Origin: Gemmatimonadales bacterium
Lineage (GTDB): Bacteria > Gemmatimonadota > Gemmatimonadetes > Longimicrobiales > Gaopeijiaceae
DNA length: 64,000 nucleotides
NCBI GenBank assembly: GCA_050485885.1
Contig: JBJHCG010000005.1
Coordinates: forward strand, 81,635 to 145,634
Direction: 5' to 3'
In this document: in pieces, positions 54,111 through 63,209 of the stretch
Numbering within the stretch: the stretch's first letter is position 1
Layout of the letters: each line of letters starts with the position of its first letter
Notes under the pieces: generated by a model
The model's input: the letters and a program-made list of their open reading frames with translations, nothing else
What the model was told of the DNA's origin: nothing
The model's database searches: none
Position numbers and translations under genes: made by a program

Positions 54111-57100
54111 ATGATGCGCTCCCTGATCCCTTTCGCCCTGGCATGTCTCGCCCTGGGCGCCGTTCTTCCCCTCGAGGCCCAGGTCGGGAGCGTGGTCGCG
54201 GCGAACGACCTGCCTGCCGAGGCATCCGGTCCGGAGCTGGACCGCCTCATGGACCGCGTTGCGGATTTCGAGATCCGTGATGCCACGCTGGCCGAGGCCC
54301 TCGAGGCCCTCAGGAATCGTTCGGGGGTGCGGATCGTCTTTTCACCCTCCCTCCTGCCCGACGAACCCCTCCTCTCGTGCGAGTGCCAGGTCGCGACGGT
54401 CCGGGAATCCCTTGACCTCCTGATACGGGGCACGGGTTTCCGCTGGGTTCAGGTGGGAAGCCAGGTGCTGGTGGAGCCGGCCCACGCGGAAGCTCGACGG
54501 GCCGAGCTCCCCGCCGGTGCCCTTGAGGTCCCACGTCGGCCCATGGCAACGGACCCCCTCCGGCTCGACGGTGCGACGACCCTCACCGCCCCACGCGCCA
54601 CGGGCACCCTCCGGGGTCGGGTCACCCACCGCACTGCAGGAACCCCGCTCTCACCCGTTCAGGTCTTCATCGACGGCTCCCAGCTCGGGACCACCACCCA
54701 GTCCGATGGAACGTTCCAGATTTCGGGCGTCCCGGCGGGAGAGGTCACCGTGGTGGCCGTCATGATCGGGTTTGCCCGGAGCACCTCCACCGTCACGGTC
54801 CGGTCGGGCGAGACCACGACCGTGGACTTTGCGCTGGCGGAACGCGCCCTCGACCTCGACGGGATCGTGGTCACCGGTACGGCAGGGGGTACCCAGCGCC
54901 GGGCCATCGGGAATGTGGTGGCCACCGTGAATGCCGATGAGGTCCTGGCCCGGGCTCCGGCAGCCAATGTGAATCAGCTCCTGGGGCAGCGCACCGCAGG
55001 CGTCATGATGATGCCCGGGACCGGACAGGTCGGTACGGGTTCGGCCGTCAGGATCCGCGGAGCCGGGAGCATCACCCAGGGGAACGACCCCATCGTGTAC
55101 ATCGATGGCGTCCGCATGGACTCGGACCCCCGTTCGGGCCCCGGACAGCGCGGAGGCGCCAACATCAGCCGGCTGAACGACATTCATCCTTCCGACATCG
55201 AGAGCATCGAGATCATCAAGGGGCCCGCAGCGGCCACCCTCTATGGCACCGAGGCCTCGAACGGGGTGATCCAGATCATCACGAAGCGGGGGAGCACGGG
55301 AGCTCCCCAGTTCGACATCACCACGCGAACGGGTGCGAACTGGCTCTGGAACCCCGAGGAGCGCGCCGGAACCCGGTGGATGCCGAACCCCGACAACCCG
55401 GCGGGAGAGCCCATCGGGATCAACGCCTACGCCCTCGAGCGGGACCAGGGACTGGGGGCCATCTACGGGTACGGGGCGCTGCAGAGCTACAACCTGAGCG
55501 TGCGTGGGGGGACCGATGCGGTCCGGTACTTCACCTCGATCTCACGGGACGATGACACGGGGATCGTGGACCACAACTGGGCCACCCGTCTGGCCCTCCG
55601 CGGCAACCTCGAGGTCCTTCTCTCCGACAACCTGACCGCGAACGTGGGAGCGTCGTACATCTCGAGTCAGACCCGCCTCGTCCAGACCTCCATCGAGTCC
55701 GACCCCTTCACGAACCTGGTCTGGGCCAATCCTCGAAACCTGACGGATGGACGTCGCGGGTTCCGGGGCGCGCCTCCGGAAGACTGGGAACTCGTGCAGA
55801 GCCGCCAGGACAACGAGCGGTCCACCTCGAACCTGGAGCTGCGGTACCAGCCCTTCTCCTGGAACACCCATCGGCTCGTTGCCGGGATCGATGTGAACGC
55901 ATACGAGAACTTCACCCTCTTTCCCATGCTCCCGGAGGGAGCTGATCACTTCTACGGACAGAATGCCCTGGGCAACAAGAACGTGACCCGGGGGACCCGC
56001 CGCTTCATCACGATCGACTACGCAACCAGTGCCGACTTCACCCGCGGGGACTTCACCCTCCAGCCCGCCTTCGGCTTTCAGTACTACAAGACCGAGGACT
56101 CCAACATCAACGCCTCGGGGCAGCGATTCCCCGCCATCCCCATCACGACGGTATCGGGCGGCTCCATTCGCGACGGGGGCGAATCCTTCACCGAAAACTC
56201 CACGGTGGGGGTCTATCTCCAGCAGCAGGTGGGGTGGAACAACCGGGTGTTCGTGACGGGTGCGGTGCGGGCCGACGACAACAGCGCCTTCGGGGTGAAC
56301 TTCGACGCCGCAATCTACCCGAAGCTGAGTGGCACCTGGGTCATTTCCGAAGAGGACTTCTGGCGGTTCGACCGAGTCGACCAGCTCCGGCTTCGTGCCG
56401 CCTGGGGGGCTGCGGGCCAGCAGCCCGCGACCTTTGCCGCCTCGCGTCTCTATACGCCCTTTGTCGGATATCGGGACCAGCCGGCGCTCCTCCCCGGGGC
56501 TTTCGGAAACCCCGATCTGAAGCCCGAGCGGGGCGAGGAGCTGGAGTTCGGGTTCGACGCCAGCTTCCTCGACGGTCGGGTAGACCTGGAAGTCTCACGC
56601 TATCAGAAGACGATCCGCGATGCCATCGTCGCGCGTCAGCTCCCGCCCTCCACCGGCTTCACCGGCTCCCAGATCGTGAACATCGGTCGCATTGCCGCCT
56701 GGGGGAACGAGGTGGGCGTCTTCATCCAGATGCTCGACGGCCCGCGGTTCGGGTGGGACTTCGACACGCAGTTCGCCACGATGGACAACGAGATCCGCAG
56801 CCTGGGAGGGGAGGACGTGATCACCGGAGGTACGGGCCTCCAGCACCGGGAGGGGTACTCGGTGGCCGACATCTTCTACCGGGAGGTGCTGAGCGCCGAG
56901 ATCGACGGTAGCGGGAACGTCGTGCAGGCCCTCTGTGATGGGGGGACCGGGGCCCAGGGTGTGGACCAGGGAGGCCCCGGGGTTCCCTGTGCCGATGCCC
57001 CGCAGGTGTGGCAGGGGCACTCCCAGCCCACCTGGCAGCTCGGGTTCGGAAACACCCTCCGCATCGGAGACAATCTCCGACTCTTTGCCCGGGTGGAGGG

Positions 57101-57533
57101 AAATGGCGGGCACATCCAGATCAACACCGAGATCCGCCCCATCCACAACGGCAACTATTCCGAGGGCGCGGTGCGCCGGGACAACGCCCTGCTCCAGGCC
57201 TACCGTCAGTTCGAGGTGGACCGCACGGGTCAGTACGACGCCAGCTTCCTCCGCCTCCGCGAGGTCTCGGCCACCTACGACCTCCCCGAGGCCTTCGTGG
57301 GTCGGCTCAATGCGCGCCGCGGGTCGGTGAGCCTGGGGATGCGGAATGTGGCCATGCTCTGGACCGGCTCCCACGGATGGTCCACCCCGCGGGCGGGGCA
57401 CGTCCGTGAACCCATCGCCGACATGATCATCTGGGACCCGGAGGTCCGGTCCACCGGACAGAATGCCACGGGCTACCAGACGATCATGCCCCCTACGGCG
57501 TCGGCGACGCTGACCCTTCGCTTCAGCTTCTGA
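54111..57533 (+). CDS. SusC/RagA-family TonB-dependent outer-membrane receptor with N-terminal STN (signalling) domain and carboxypeptidase-regulatory-like domain
   Basis: After the signal peptide come an STN-like domain, a CarboxypepD_reg-like domain (TLRGRVTHRTAGTPLSPVQVFIDGSQ) and a plug (IEIIKGPAAATLYGTEASNGVIQIITKRG). A 22-strand barrel ends in ...LTLRFSF. Confidence 0.9.
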   Translation: MMRSLIPFALACLALGAVLPLEAQVGSVVAANDLPAEASGPELDRLMDRVADFEIRDATLAEALEALRNRSGVRIVFSPSLLPDEPLLSCECQVATVRESLDLLIRGTGFRWVQVGSQVLVEPAHAEARRAELPAGALEVPRRPMATDPLRLDGATTLTAPRATGTLRGRVTHRTAGTPLSPVQVFIDGSQLGTTTQSDGTFQISGVPAGEVTVVAVMIGFARSTSTVTVRSGETTTVDFALAERALDLDGIVVTGTAGGTQRRAIGNVVATVNADEVLARAPAANVNQLLGQRTAGVMMMPGTGQVGTGSAVRIRGAGSITQGNDPIVYIDGVRMDSDPRSGPGQRGGANISRLNDIHPSDIESIEIIKGPAAATLYGTEASNGVIQIITKRGSTGAPQFDITTRTGANWLWNPEERAGTRWMPNPDNPAGEPIGINAYALERDQGLGAIYGYGALQSYNLSVRGGTDAVRYFTSISRDDDTGIVDHNWATRLALRGNLEVLLSDNLTANVGASYISSQTRLVQTSIESDPFTNLVWANPRNLTDGRRGFRGAPPEDWELVQSRQDNERSTSNLELRYQPFSWNTHRLVAGIDVNAYENFTLFPMLPEGADHFYGQNALGNKNVTRGTRRFITIDYATSADFTRGDFTLQPAFGFQYYKTEDSNINASGQRFPAIPITTVSGGSIRDGGESFTENSTVGVYLQQQVGWNNRVFVTGAVRADDNSAFGVNFDAAIYPKLSGTWVISEEDFWRFDRVDQLRLRAAWGAAGQQPATFAASRLYTPFVGYRDQPALLPGAFGNPDLKPERGEELEFGFDASFLDGRVDLEVSRYQKTIRDAIVARQLPPSTGFTGSQIVNIGRIAAWGNEVGVFIQMLDGPRFGWDFDTQFATMDNEIRSLGGEDVITGGTGLQHREGYSVADIFYREVLSAEIDGSGNVVQALCDGGTGAQGVDQGGPGVPCADAPQVWQGHSQPTWQLGFGNTLRIGDNLRLFARVEGNGGHIQINTEIRPIHNGNYSEGAVRRDNALLQAYRQFEVDRTGQYDASFLRLREVSATYDLPEAFVGRLNARRGSVSLGMRNVAMLWTGSHGWSTPRAGHVREPIADMIIWDPEVRSTGQNATGYQTIMPPTASATLTLRFSF

Positions 57534-57543
57534 GGAACGAACC

Positions 57544-58815
57544 ATGACGACGATCAAGCAGAGGAAGACCGGTTCCAACCTCCGGACGCTCACCCGGGCT
57601 ACCGTGGGGGTCATGGGGTTCGTGGCCCTGGCAGGGTGCGAGTCCCTTCTCGACGTGTCGAACCCGGGGAGCGTGGAGGCCGGGGACCTGGACAACCCCC
57701 AGCTCGCCCAGACCCTGATCAACAGCGCCCTGGGTGCCTTCGAGTGCGCCTACACAAGCTATGTGGTCTCGGTGGGGATGCTCGCCGGCGAACTTCGGGA
57801 CTCGTCCAACTGGGCAAACCTGAACGGGTGGGGGCAGCGTGGGCTCCAGATCCAGAGCATCATCGGAAGCTGTCCCTCGGGCCGTGCCGCCTCGGCCCTC
57901 GGGGCGTATGCCCCCCTCCAGCAGGCCCGCTACCTCGCCGAGGACGGCGCCCGGCTCATCGAGGGGTTCCCGGAGGCCTCGGTCCCCGACCGGAGCCGCG
58001 GCCTTGGACTTCTCGATGGGTACGCCGGGTTCAGCACCCTCCTTCTGGGCGAGGGATTCTGCGAAATGGCCATCGACCAGGGGCCCCTCCTCACCCGTGA
58101 CCAGGTGTTTGCCCAGGCCGAGGAGCGGTTCACGACGGCCATGGCGCACGCCCAGGCCGCTGGAGACACCGAGCTCCGATTTCTCGCCTTGGCGGGTCGA
58201 GCCAGGGCGCGGCTCAACCAGGGGAACCTGGGAGGGGCGGCGTCGGACGCGGAGCAGATCCCCGAGGGGTTCGTCTGGTACGCCGAGTACTCGACAGTGG
58301 ACGGGGCCCGGGAGAACCGGGTCTACAACATGAATCGACTGAACCGCTTCGCCTCCGCCGACCCGGCCACCTATGCCGAACTCACCCTGGGAGGGGAGCC
58401 CGATCCCCGGGTTCAGATCAGCAACACGGGCCTCCCCGGACACGACAACGCGACTCCGCACTGGCACCAGCTCAAGTACAACGCCCCCTCCGACGACATT
58501 CCGCTGGCTTCTTGGGCGGAGGCCCAGCTCATTCTCGCCGAGGCGCGGCCCTCGGAGGCGGAAGCCGCCATCAACCGGCTGCGCGCCCATCAGGATCTCC
58601 CACCCCTCGTTCTGGATGGCTCGGAGGACCTGGTCCAGGTGATCCTCGAGGAACGCCGCCGCCAGCTCTTCCTGGAGGGACACCGGCTGAACGACATGCT
58701 CCGGCACCACGTGTCGTTCCCCACCGGTGACAACCACAAGGGCCAGCCCTGGGGACCGGTGACCTGCATGCCCCTCCCCGATCAGGAGCGCCTGAACAAC
58801 CCGAACATCAACTGA
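57544..58815 (+). CDS. SusD/RagB-family nutrient-binding outer-membrane lipoprotein
   Basis: The lipobox is FVALAGCES. TPR-like helical SusD architecture is present. The gene lies 10 nt downstream of the SusC gene. Confidence 0.85.
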   Translation: MTTIKQRKTGSNLRTLTRATVGVMGFVALAGCESLLDVSNPGSVEAGDLDNPQLAQTLINSALGAFECAYTSYVVSVGMLAGELRDSSNWANLNGWGQRGLQIQSIIGSCPSGRAASALGAYAPLQQARYLAEDGARLIEGFPEASVPDRSRGLGLLDGYAGFSTLLLGEGFCEMAIDQGPLLTRDQVFAQAEERFTTAMAHAQAAGDTELRFLALAGRARARLNQGNLGGAASDAEQIPEGFVWYAEYSTVDGARENRVYNMNRLNRFASADPATYAELTLGGEPDPRVQISNTGLPGHDNATPHWHQLKYNAPSDDIPLASWAEAQLILAEARPSEAEAAINRLRAHQDLPPLVLDGSEDLVQVILEERRRQLFLEGHRLNDMLRHHVSFPTGDNHKGQPWGPVTCMPLPDQERLNNPNIN

Positions 58816-58879
58816 TCGCCCCGATGGGGGTGCCGGGGACCCCCCGGCGCTCGTGGCACCGCCCCTCTTCCGGAGTTCG

Positions 58880-61348
58880 ATGATGACCGCACAGACTTCC
58901 CTCCCCTCCCGCCGGCCTCCGGCAGGCGGGGTCGCCACGGGGTTCGCCCTCGCCGGGCTCGTCCTCCTCCCCGGGGCCCTCGCCGCCCAGGAGGGATACC
59001 AGCTGCCTCCGGAGGAGGTGGTGGCCATTCTGGAGGCCCCCTCCCTCCCTGCGCTCCAGGTCGATCGGGAGGGGGGGTGGGCCGTTCTCCTGACGCGGCC
59101 GGAGATGGTGGAGCTCCGGGACATCGCCGAGCCCCGGCTCCACCTGGCCGGCTACCGGCTGAACCCGCGCACCCGAGGGCCGGCGCTTTCCAACCGGGCG
59201 CCCATCTCCCACCTCGAGTTCGTGAGGCTGGATGCGGGTGGGGCGGACCGGATCCCGGTGGTCCTTCCAGAGGGAGGCCGCGCCGAGTATGCCTCCTGGT
59301 CCCCCGACGGGACCACCCTCGCCTTGGCCCTCATCGAGGAGGATGGGTACACCCTCTGGATCGCCTCACCGGAGAACCCCACGGCGCAAAGGGTCGCTGG
59401 GGCGCTCCTGAATGCCGCGCATGGCGACCCCTGCCGGTGGCTCGGCGGGAGTGGGGACCTCGTGTGCCGGATGGTGCCGGAGGGGGCATCGGATCCCCCG
59501 GCGCGCCCCGAGGTCCCCCAGGTCCCCCGGATCCAGGACGCCCGGGCCGGCGAGCCGGCGCCAGCCCGAACCTTCCAGGACCTTCTCCAGGACGGCCACG
59601 ACGCCGAGCTCTTCGAACACTACTTCACCTCCCAGCTCGCCCGTGTCTCCCTCTCCAGCGGGAATGTGTCCCCGCTGGGGGACCCGGCCATTTTCGATGC
59701 GGTCACCCCCTCACCGGACGGACGCTACCTCTACGTGGTTCGCACCGTTCGCCCCTTCTCCTTCGTCGTCCCGGACCGCTGGCGCACGAACGACTGGTTC
59801 CCCCGGGAAATGGAAGTCTGGACCGCAGCGGGGGAGCGGGTCCGCTCGCTCGCCTCCCTCCCCCTGGAGGAGGAGGTGGCGGTGGATGACTTCCGCTCGG
59901 GTCCGCGAGGTGTCGCATGGCAGTCCGGCGCAGGGGCCTCCCTCGTCTGGGTGGAGGATGTGGAGGGCCAGGTCCCCGGGGTGCGGGACCGCGTTCTCCG
60001 CCTGGCGGAGCCCGGAGGAGAGCCGGAGGTCATTCTGGAGCTGGAAGACCGGTTCGACCGCATGGCGTGGACCTCCGACGGAAGGGGCCTCGTGACCGAG
60101 ATCGACCGATTCCCCCGGCGCGCGGCGAGCTGGACCCGAAGCTGGCTCCTCGAGGCCGAAGGTGGGGAGTGGGTGGCCCGGAAGGTGGACGACCGGAGCG
60201 CCGAGGAACGGTTCGGGGCCCCCGGTACCCCGGTCACGGCAGGGACGACGCTGCTGGGGGAGGGGGACTGGATCTTCCTCCAGGGAGACGGCGTCACGCC
60301 GGAGGGCGAGCGGCCCTTTGTCGACCGAATGCACCTCCGAACCCTCGAAACGGAGCGGGTCTGGGAGAGCGATCCGGACCGGTACGAGGTGCCGGTGGCC
60401 TACCTGCGCGGGGGCGTTGATCGCCTGGTCATCCGGAGTGAATCGCCCGTGGATCCTCCCAACTACCTCCTCTGGTCGGGGACCGGGGAAACCGCAACGG
60501 CACTCACCGACCTCCCGGACCCCGCCCCCCAGCTCCGGGGCGCGGAACGTCACGTTCTGACGTACGCCCGGGAAGACGGGGTGCGGCTTGCCGGGGTCGT
60601 CTATACTCCCCCGGGCTGGGATGGAGAGACCCGCCTGCCGACCGTTCTCTGGGCCTACCCCCGGGAGTTCGTGTCCCCCGATGCGGCTGCCCAGGTCCCC
60701 GGCCAGAACAACCGGTTCACCCGGATCTCCGGCGCCTCCCACATGTTCTTTCTCCTTCAGGGGTACGCTGTATTCGACGGGCCGTCCATTGCCATTCTCG
60801 GGGGCCTGACCGCAAACGACACCTACATCGAGCAGCTCGTCTCGAGCACCCGGGCGGCGGTGGATGCCATTGTCGAGGCCGGGATCGCCGACCGCGACCG
60901 GATCGGAGTCGGGGGCCATTCCTATGGCGGCTTCATGACCGCGAACCTCCTCGCCCACTCGGATCTGTTCAGGGCGGGGATCGCACGCAGCGCAGCCCAC
61001 AACCGCACCCTCACCCCGTTCGGGTTCCAGAACGAACGGCGAACCCTGTGGGAAGCCCCCGAGGTCTACATGGGAATGTCACCCTTCATGTTTGCCCACC
61101 AGGTGGAGAGCCCCATGCTCCTTCTCCATGGTGCGGACGATGCGAACCCCGGTACCTTCCCGATCCAGTCCGAACGGATGTTCCATGCCCTGAAGGGCCA
61201 CGGAAAGGAAGCGCGCCTCGTCATGCTCGATTACGAAGACCACGGATATGGCTCCAGAGAGTCCATCTTTCATGCCCTCTGGGAGATGATGGAATGGTTC
61301 GACCATCATGTGAAGCAGGCCGCGCCTCGGAGAGAGGCGGACCGATGA
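58880..61348 (+). CDS. S9-family serine peptidase (prolyl oligopeptidase / acylaminoacyl-peptidase type) with N-terminal beta-propeller
   Basis: A signal peptide is present. A propeller region is followed by a catalytic domain with GGHSYGG (Ser), and a downstream Asp and His (HGADDANP, DHGYG). Confidence 0.85.
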   Translation: MMTAQTSLPSRRPPAGGVATGFALAGLVLLPGALAAQEGYQLPPEEVVAILEAPSLPALQVDREGGWAVLLTRPEMVELRDIAEPRLHLAGYRLNPRTRGPALSNRAPISHLEFVRLDAGGADRIPVVLPEGGRAEYASWSPDGTTLALALIEEDGYTLWIASPENPTAQRVAGALLNAAHGDPCRWLGGSGDLVCRMVPEGASDPPARPEVPQVPRIQDARAGEPAPARTFQDLLQDGHDAELFEHYFTSQLARVSLSSGNVSPLGDPAIFDAVTPSPDGRYLYVVRTVRPFSFVVPDRWRTNDWFPREMEVWTAAGERVRSLASLPLEEEVAVDDFRSGPRGVAWQSGAGASLVWVEDVEGQVPGVRDRVLRLAEPGGEPEVILELEDRFDRMAWTSDGRGLVTEIDRFPRRAASWTRSWLLEAEGGEWVARKVDDRSAEERFGAPGTPVTAGTTLLGEGDWIFLQGDGVTPEGERPFVDRMHLRTLETERVWESDPDRYEVPVAYLRGGVDRLVIRSESPVDPPNYLLWSGTGETATALTDLPDPAPQLRGAERHVLTYAREDGVRLAGVVYTPPGWDGETRLPTVLWAYPREFVSPDAAAQVPGQNNRFTRISGASHMFFLLQGYAVFDGPSIAILGGLTANDTYIEQLVSSTRAAVDAIVEAGIADRDRIGVGGHSYGGFMTANLLAHSDLFRAGIARSAAHNRTLTPFGFQNERRTLWEAPEVYMGMSPFMFAHQVESPMLLLHGADDANPGTFPIQSERMFHALKGHGKEARLVMLDYEDHGYGSRESIFHALWEMMEWFDHHVKQAAPRREADR

Positions 61349-61430
61349 GGCGCTCCGAGCGCCGGGGAACCGCTCCGGAACCGGGCCGGCAGGTCCGGGG
61401 GAGCGCTCGCTTCGAGCGGCCGAGGAAGGC

Positions 61431-63191
61431 GTGAGAGCCCCCCCGGGGCTGCAGCTCGCCCTTCGCATGGCCGGTCCGGCTGCCGCCGCCGGGCTCCTCC
61501 TTCTCTTCACCTTCACCGCCCCCGACCCCGACCTCGCCTCCCTCCGCACGGGGGCCGAACGGAGCGGGTTCGAGGAGGCCACCTCCCACGAGGAGCTCCT
61601 CCGGTACATGCGCCGGGTGGGGGAACTCGCCTCGGATGCCCGCTTCCAGCCTTTCGGCGAGAGTGTGCAGGGCCGCCCCCTCCCCCTCCTTCTCTTCAGC
61701 CGTCCGGGGGTGACCACCCCGGCAGAGGCCCACGCCTCCGGGAAGCCCGTGGTCCTCCTGGGGGCGAATGCCCATGGCTACAACCATGTGGTGCGCGAGG
61801 CCCTCCTCGTCATGGCGCGGGAGTTGGGCACCCCGGGCACCACGCTGAACGGGATCCTGGACGAGGTCGTGGTCCTCGTCGTTCCCACCCTGAACCCCGA
61901 CGGCTTCGAGGCCGGGACCCGCCCCAACGCCCGGGGGGCCGATCTGAACCGAGACTACATGACGCTGGAGGAGCCGGAGACGGCGGCCTTCGTCGGGGGG
62001 GTCCTGAACCACTGGAATCCCCACCTCGTGGTGGATGGCCACGATGGAGGAGACGAGCAGTTCGGGGGGGCGTGGCCCTACCACCTCCTCTACCAGGCCC
62101 CGGGGCTCGCCGGAGCGGATCCTGCCCTCACCGCGCTGGCCGACGACCGCATCTTCCCCTGGATCACGGACCGGCTGGAGGCGGCGGGGTTCGAGTCCTT
62201 CTACTGGTCTCGGGGGGATGCGGAGTCGTGGGTCGTAGGCGGCCAACAGCCCCGCATGGGGCGCAACTACGGCGGGCTGTCCGGAAAGATCACCCTCCTC
62301 TTCGAAGTCACCACCTGGACGGGCTTCGAGGGCGGGATGGAGGTGGCAGGCGAGGCGCTGGCGGCTACCCTGGGGTGGGCCGCCCGGGAGGGCAACGCCC
62401 TTCGCACCACCGTGAACGACTCGCGCCAGGCCACCGCCCGGCTCGCACCGGGAGAGGAGCCGGCGATTCCGGTGGCGGAGGAACTCCGGCCCGGTCGCCT
62501 CACCCCCACCTGGCGGATCCCCGATCCGGAGCGGGCCGGTGAGGCGCGCACCATCGAGGGCGGGCGGTTCGTCCACGACCCGGTGGGAACGGACTTCCGC
62601 CCTCGCCCCTGGGCCTGGATCCTCCCCCCGGGCGCCGATGCGGTGGCAGCCCTCCTCCGCCGCCACGGAATCGAGGTGGATCGCCTCCTCGAGGCCACCG
62701 AGCTCGAGGTGGCGGCGACCCCGGTGACCGGGGCGGAATGGGTGGACGGGGCGAACCTCCGTCGATCGGCCCTCCGCCTCGAGGTGGGAGAGGCGGAGAC
62801 GGTGCGCCGCACCCTCCCGCCGGGAAGCTGGATCGTCCGCTCGGGGCAGCCCCTGGGGCGGGTCGCGGCCCACCTCCTCGAGGTGGAAACCACCGACAGC
62901 GTGGCCTGGTGGGGGTACCTGACGGGCCTCCTCTCTCCGGACCTCCTTCAGGGGGCAGGGGGGGGCGCCGGGGAGGGGCCGGGGTCAGCGGGTGGCGCCA
63001 CGCCGGGGGCGACGTCGGGGTCAGCGACCGGCGCCACGCCGGGAGCGACGTCGAGGCCGACACCCGGCGTGACACGCGGAGCGACCCAAGGGGCCAGCGC
63101 CCCCGATCCTCATCGCCATGAACTCCCCATTCTCAAGCGAATGGCGCCGGCCCCGGGGCTCGTGGTGGCGCCCTGGGAGGGAGGGCAGTAG
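61431..63191 (+). CDS. M14-family zinc carboxypeptidase-like protein with Gly/Thr/Pro-rich repeat tail
   Basis: LLGANAHGYNHVVRE and VVDGHDGG fit M14 zinc-ligand contexts, followed by a C-terminal beta-sandwich-like region. The tail GATPGATSGSATGATPGATS... is encoded by a roughly 36-bp tandem repeat. The start is GTG 61431 or ATG 61467. Confidence 0.7.
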   Translation: MRAPPGLQLALRMAGPAAAAGLLLLFTFTAPDPDLASLRTGAERSGFEEATSHEELLRYMRRVGELASDARFQPFGESVQGRPLPLLLFSRPGVTTPAEAHASGKPVVLLGANAHGYNHVVREALLVMARELGTPGTTLNGILDEVVVLVVPTLNPDGFEAGTRPNARGADLNRDYMTLEEPETAAFVGGVLNHWNPHLVVDGHDGGDEQFGGAWPYHLLYQAPGLAGADPALTALADDRIFPWITDRLEAAGFESFYWSRGDAESWVVGGQQPRMGRNYGGLSGKITLLFEVTTWTGFEGGMEVAGEALAATLGWAAREGNALRTTVNDSRQATARLAPGEEPAIPVAEELRPGRLTPTWRIPDPERAGEARTIEGGRFVHDPVGTDFRPRPWAWILPPGADAVAALLRRHGIEVDRLLEATELEVAATPVTGAEWVDGANLRRSALRLEVGEAETVRRTLPPGSWIVRSGQPLGRVAAHLLEVETTDSVAWWGYLTGLLSPDLLQGAGGGAGEGPGSAGGATPGATSGSATGATPGATSRPTPGVTRGATQGASAPDPHRHELPILKRMAPAPGLVVAPWEGGQ

Positions 63192-63209
63192 GGGCCCCAT
63201 CCAGCCCGG

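Noticed and set aside
56595-59124. 375-aa and 533-aa minus ORFs antisense to the SusC and SusD genes
   Set aside because: SusC and SusD are unambiguous on the plus strand. The antisense translations are low-complexity.
59711-62873. 429-aa and 550-aa minus ORFs antisense to the S9 and M14 peptidases
   Set aside because: The peptidase catalytic motifs are on the plus strand. The antisense frames are His/Gly/Pro/Arg-rich.
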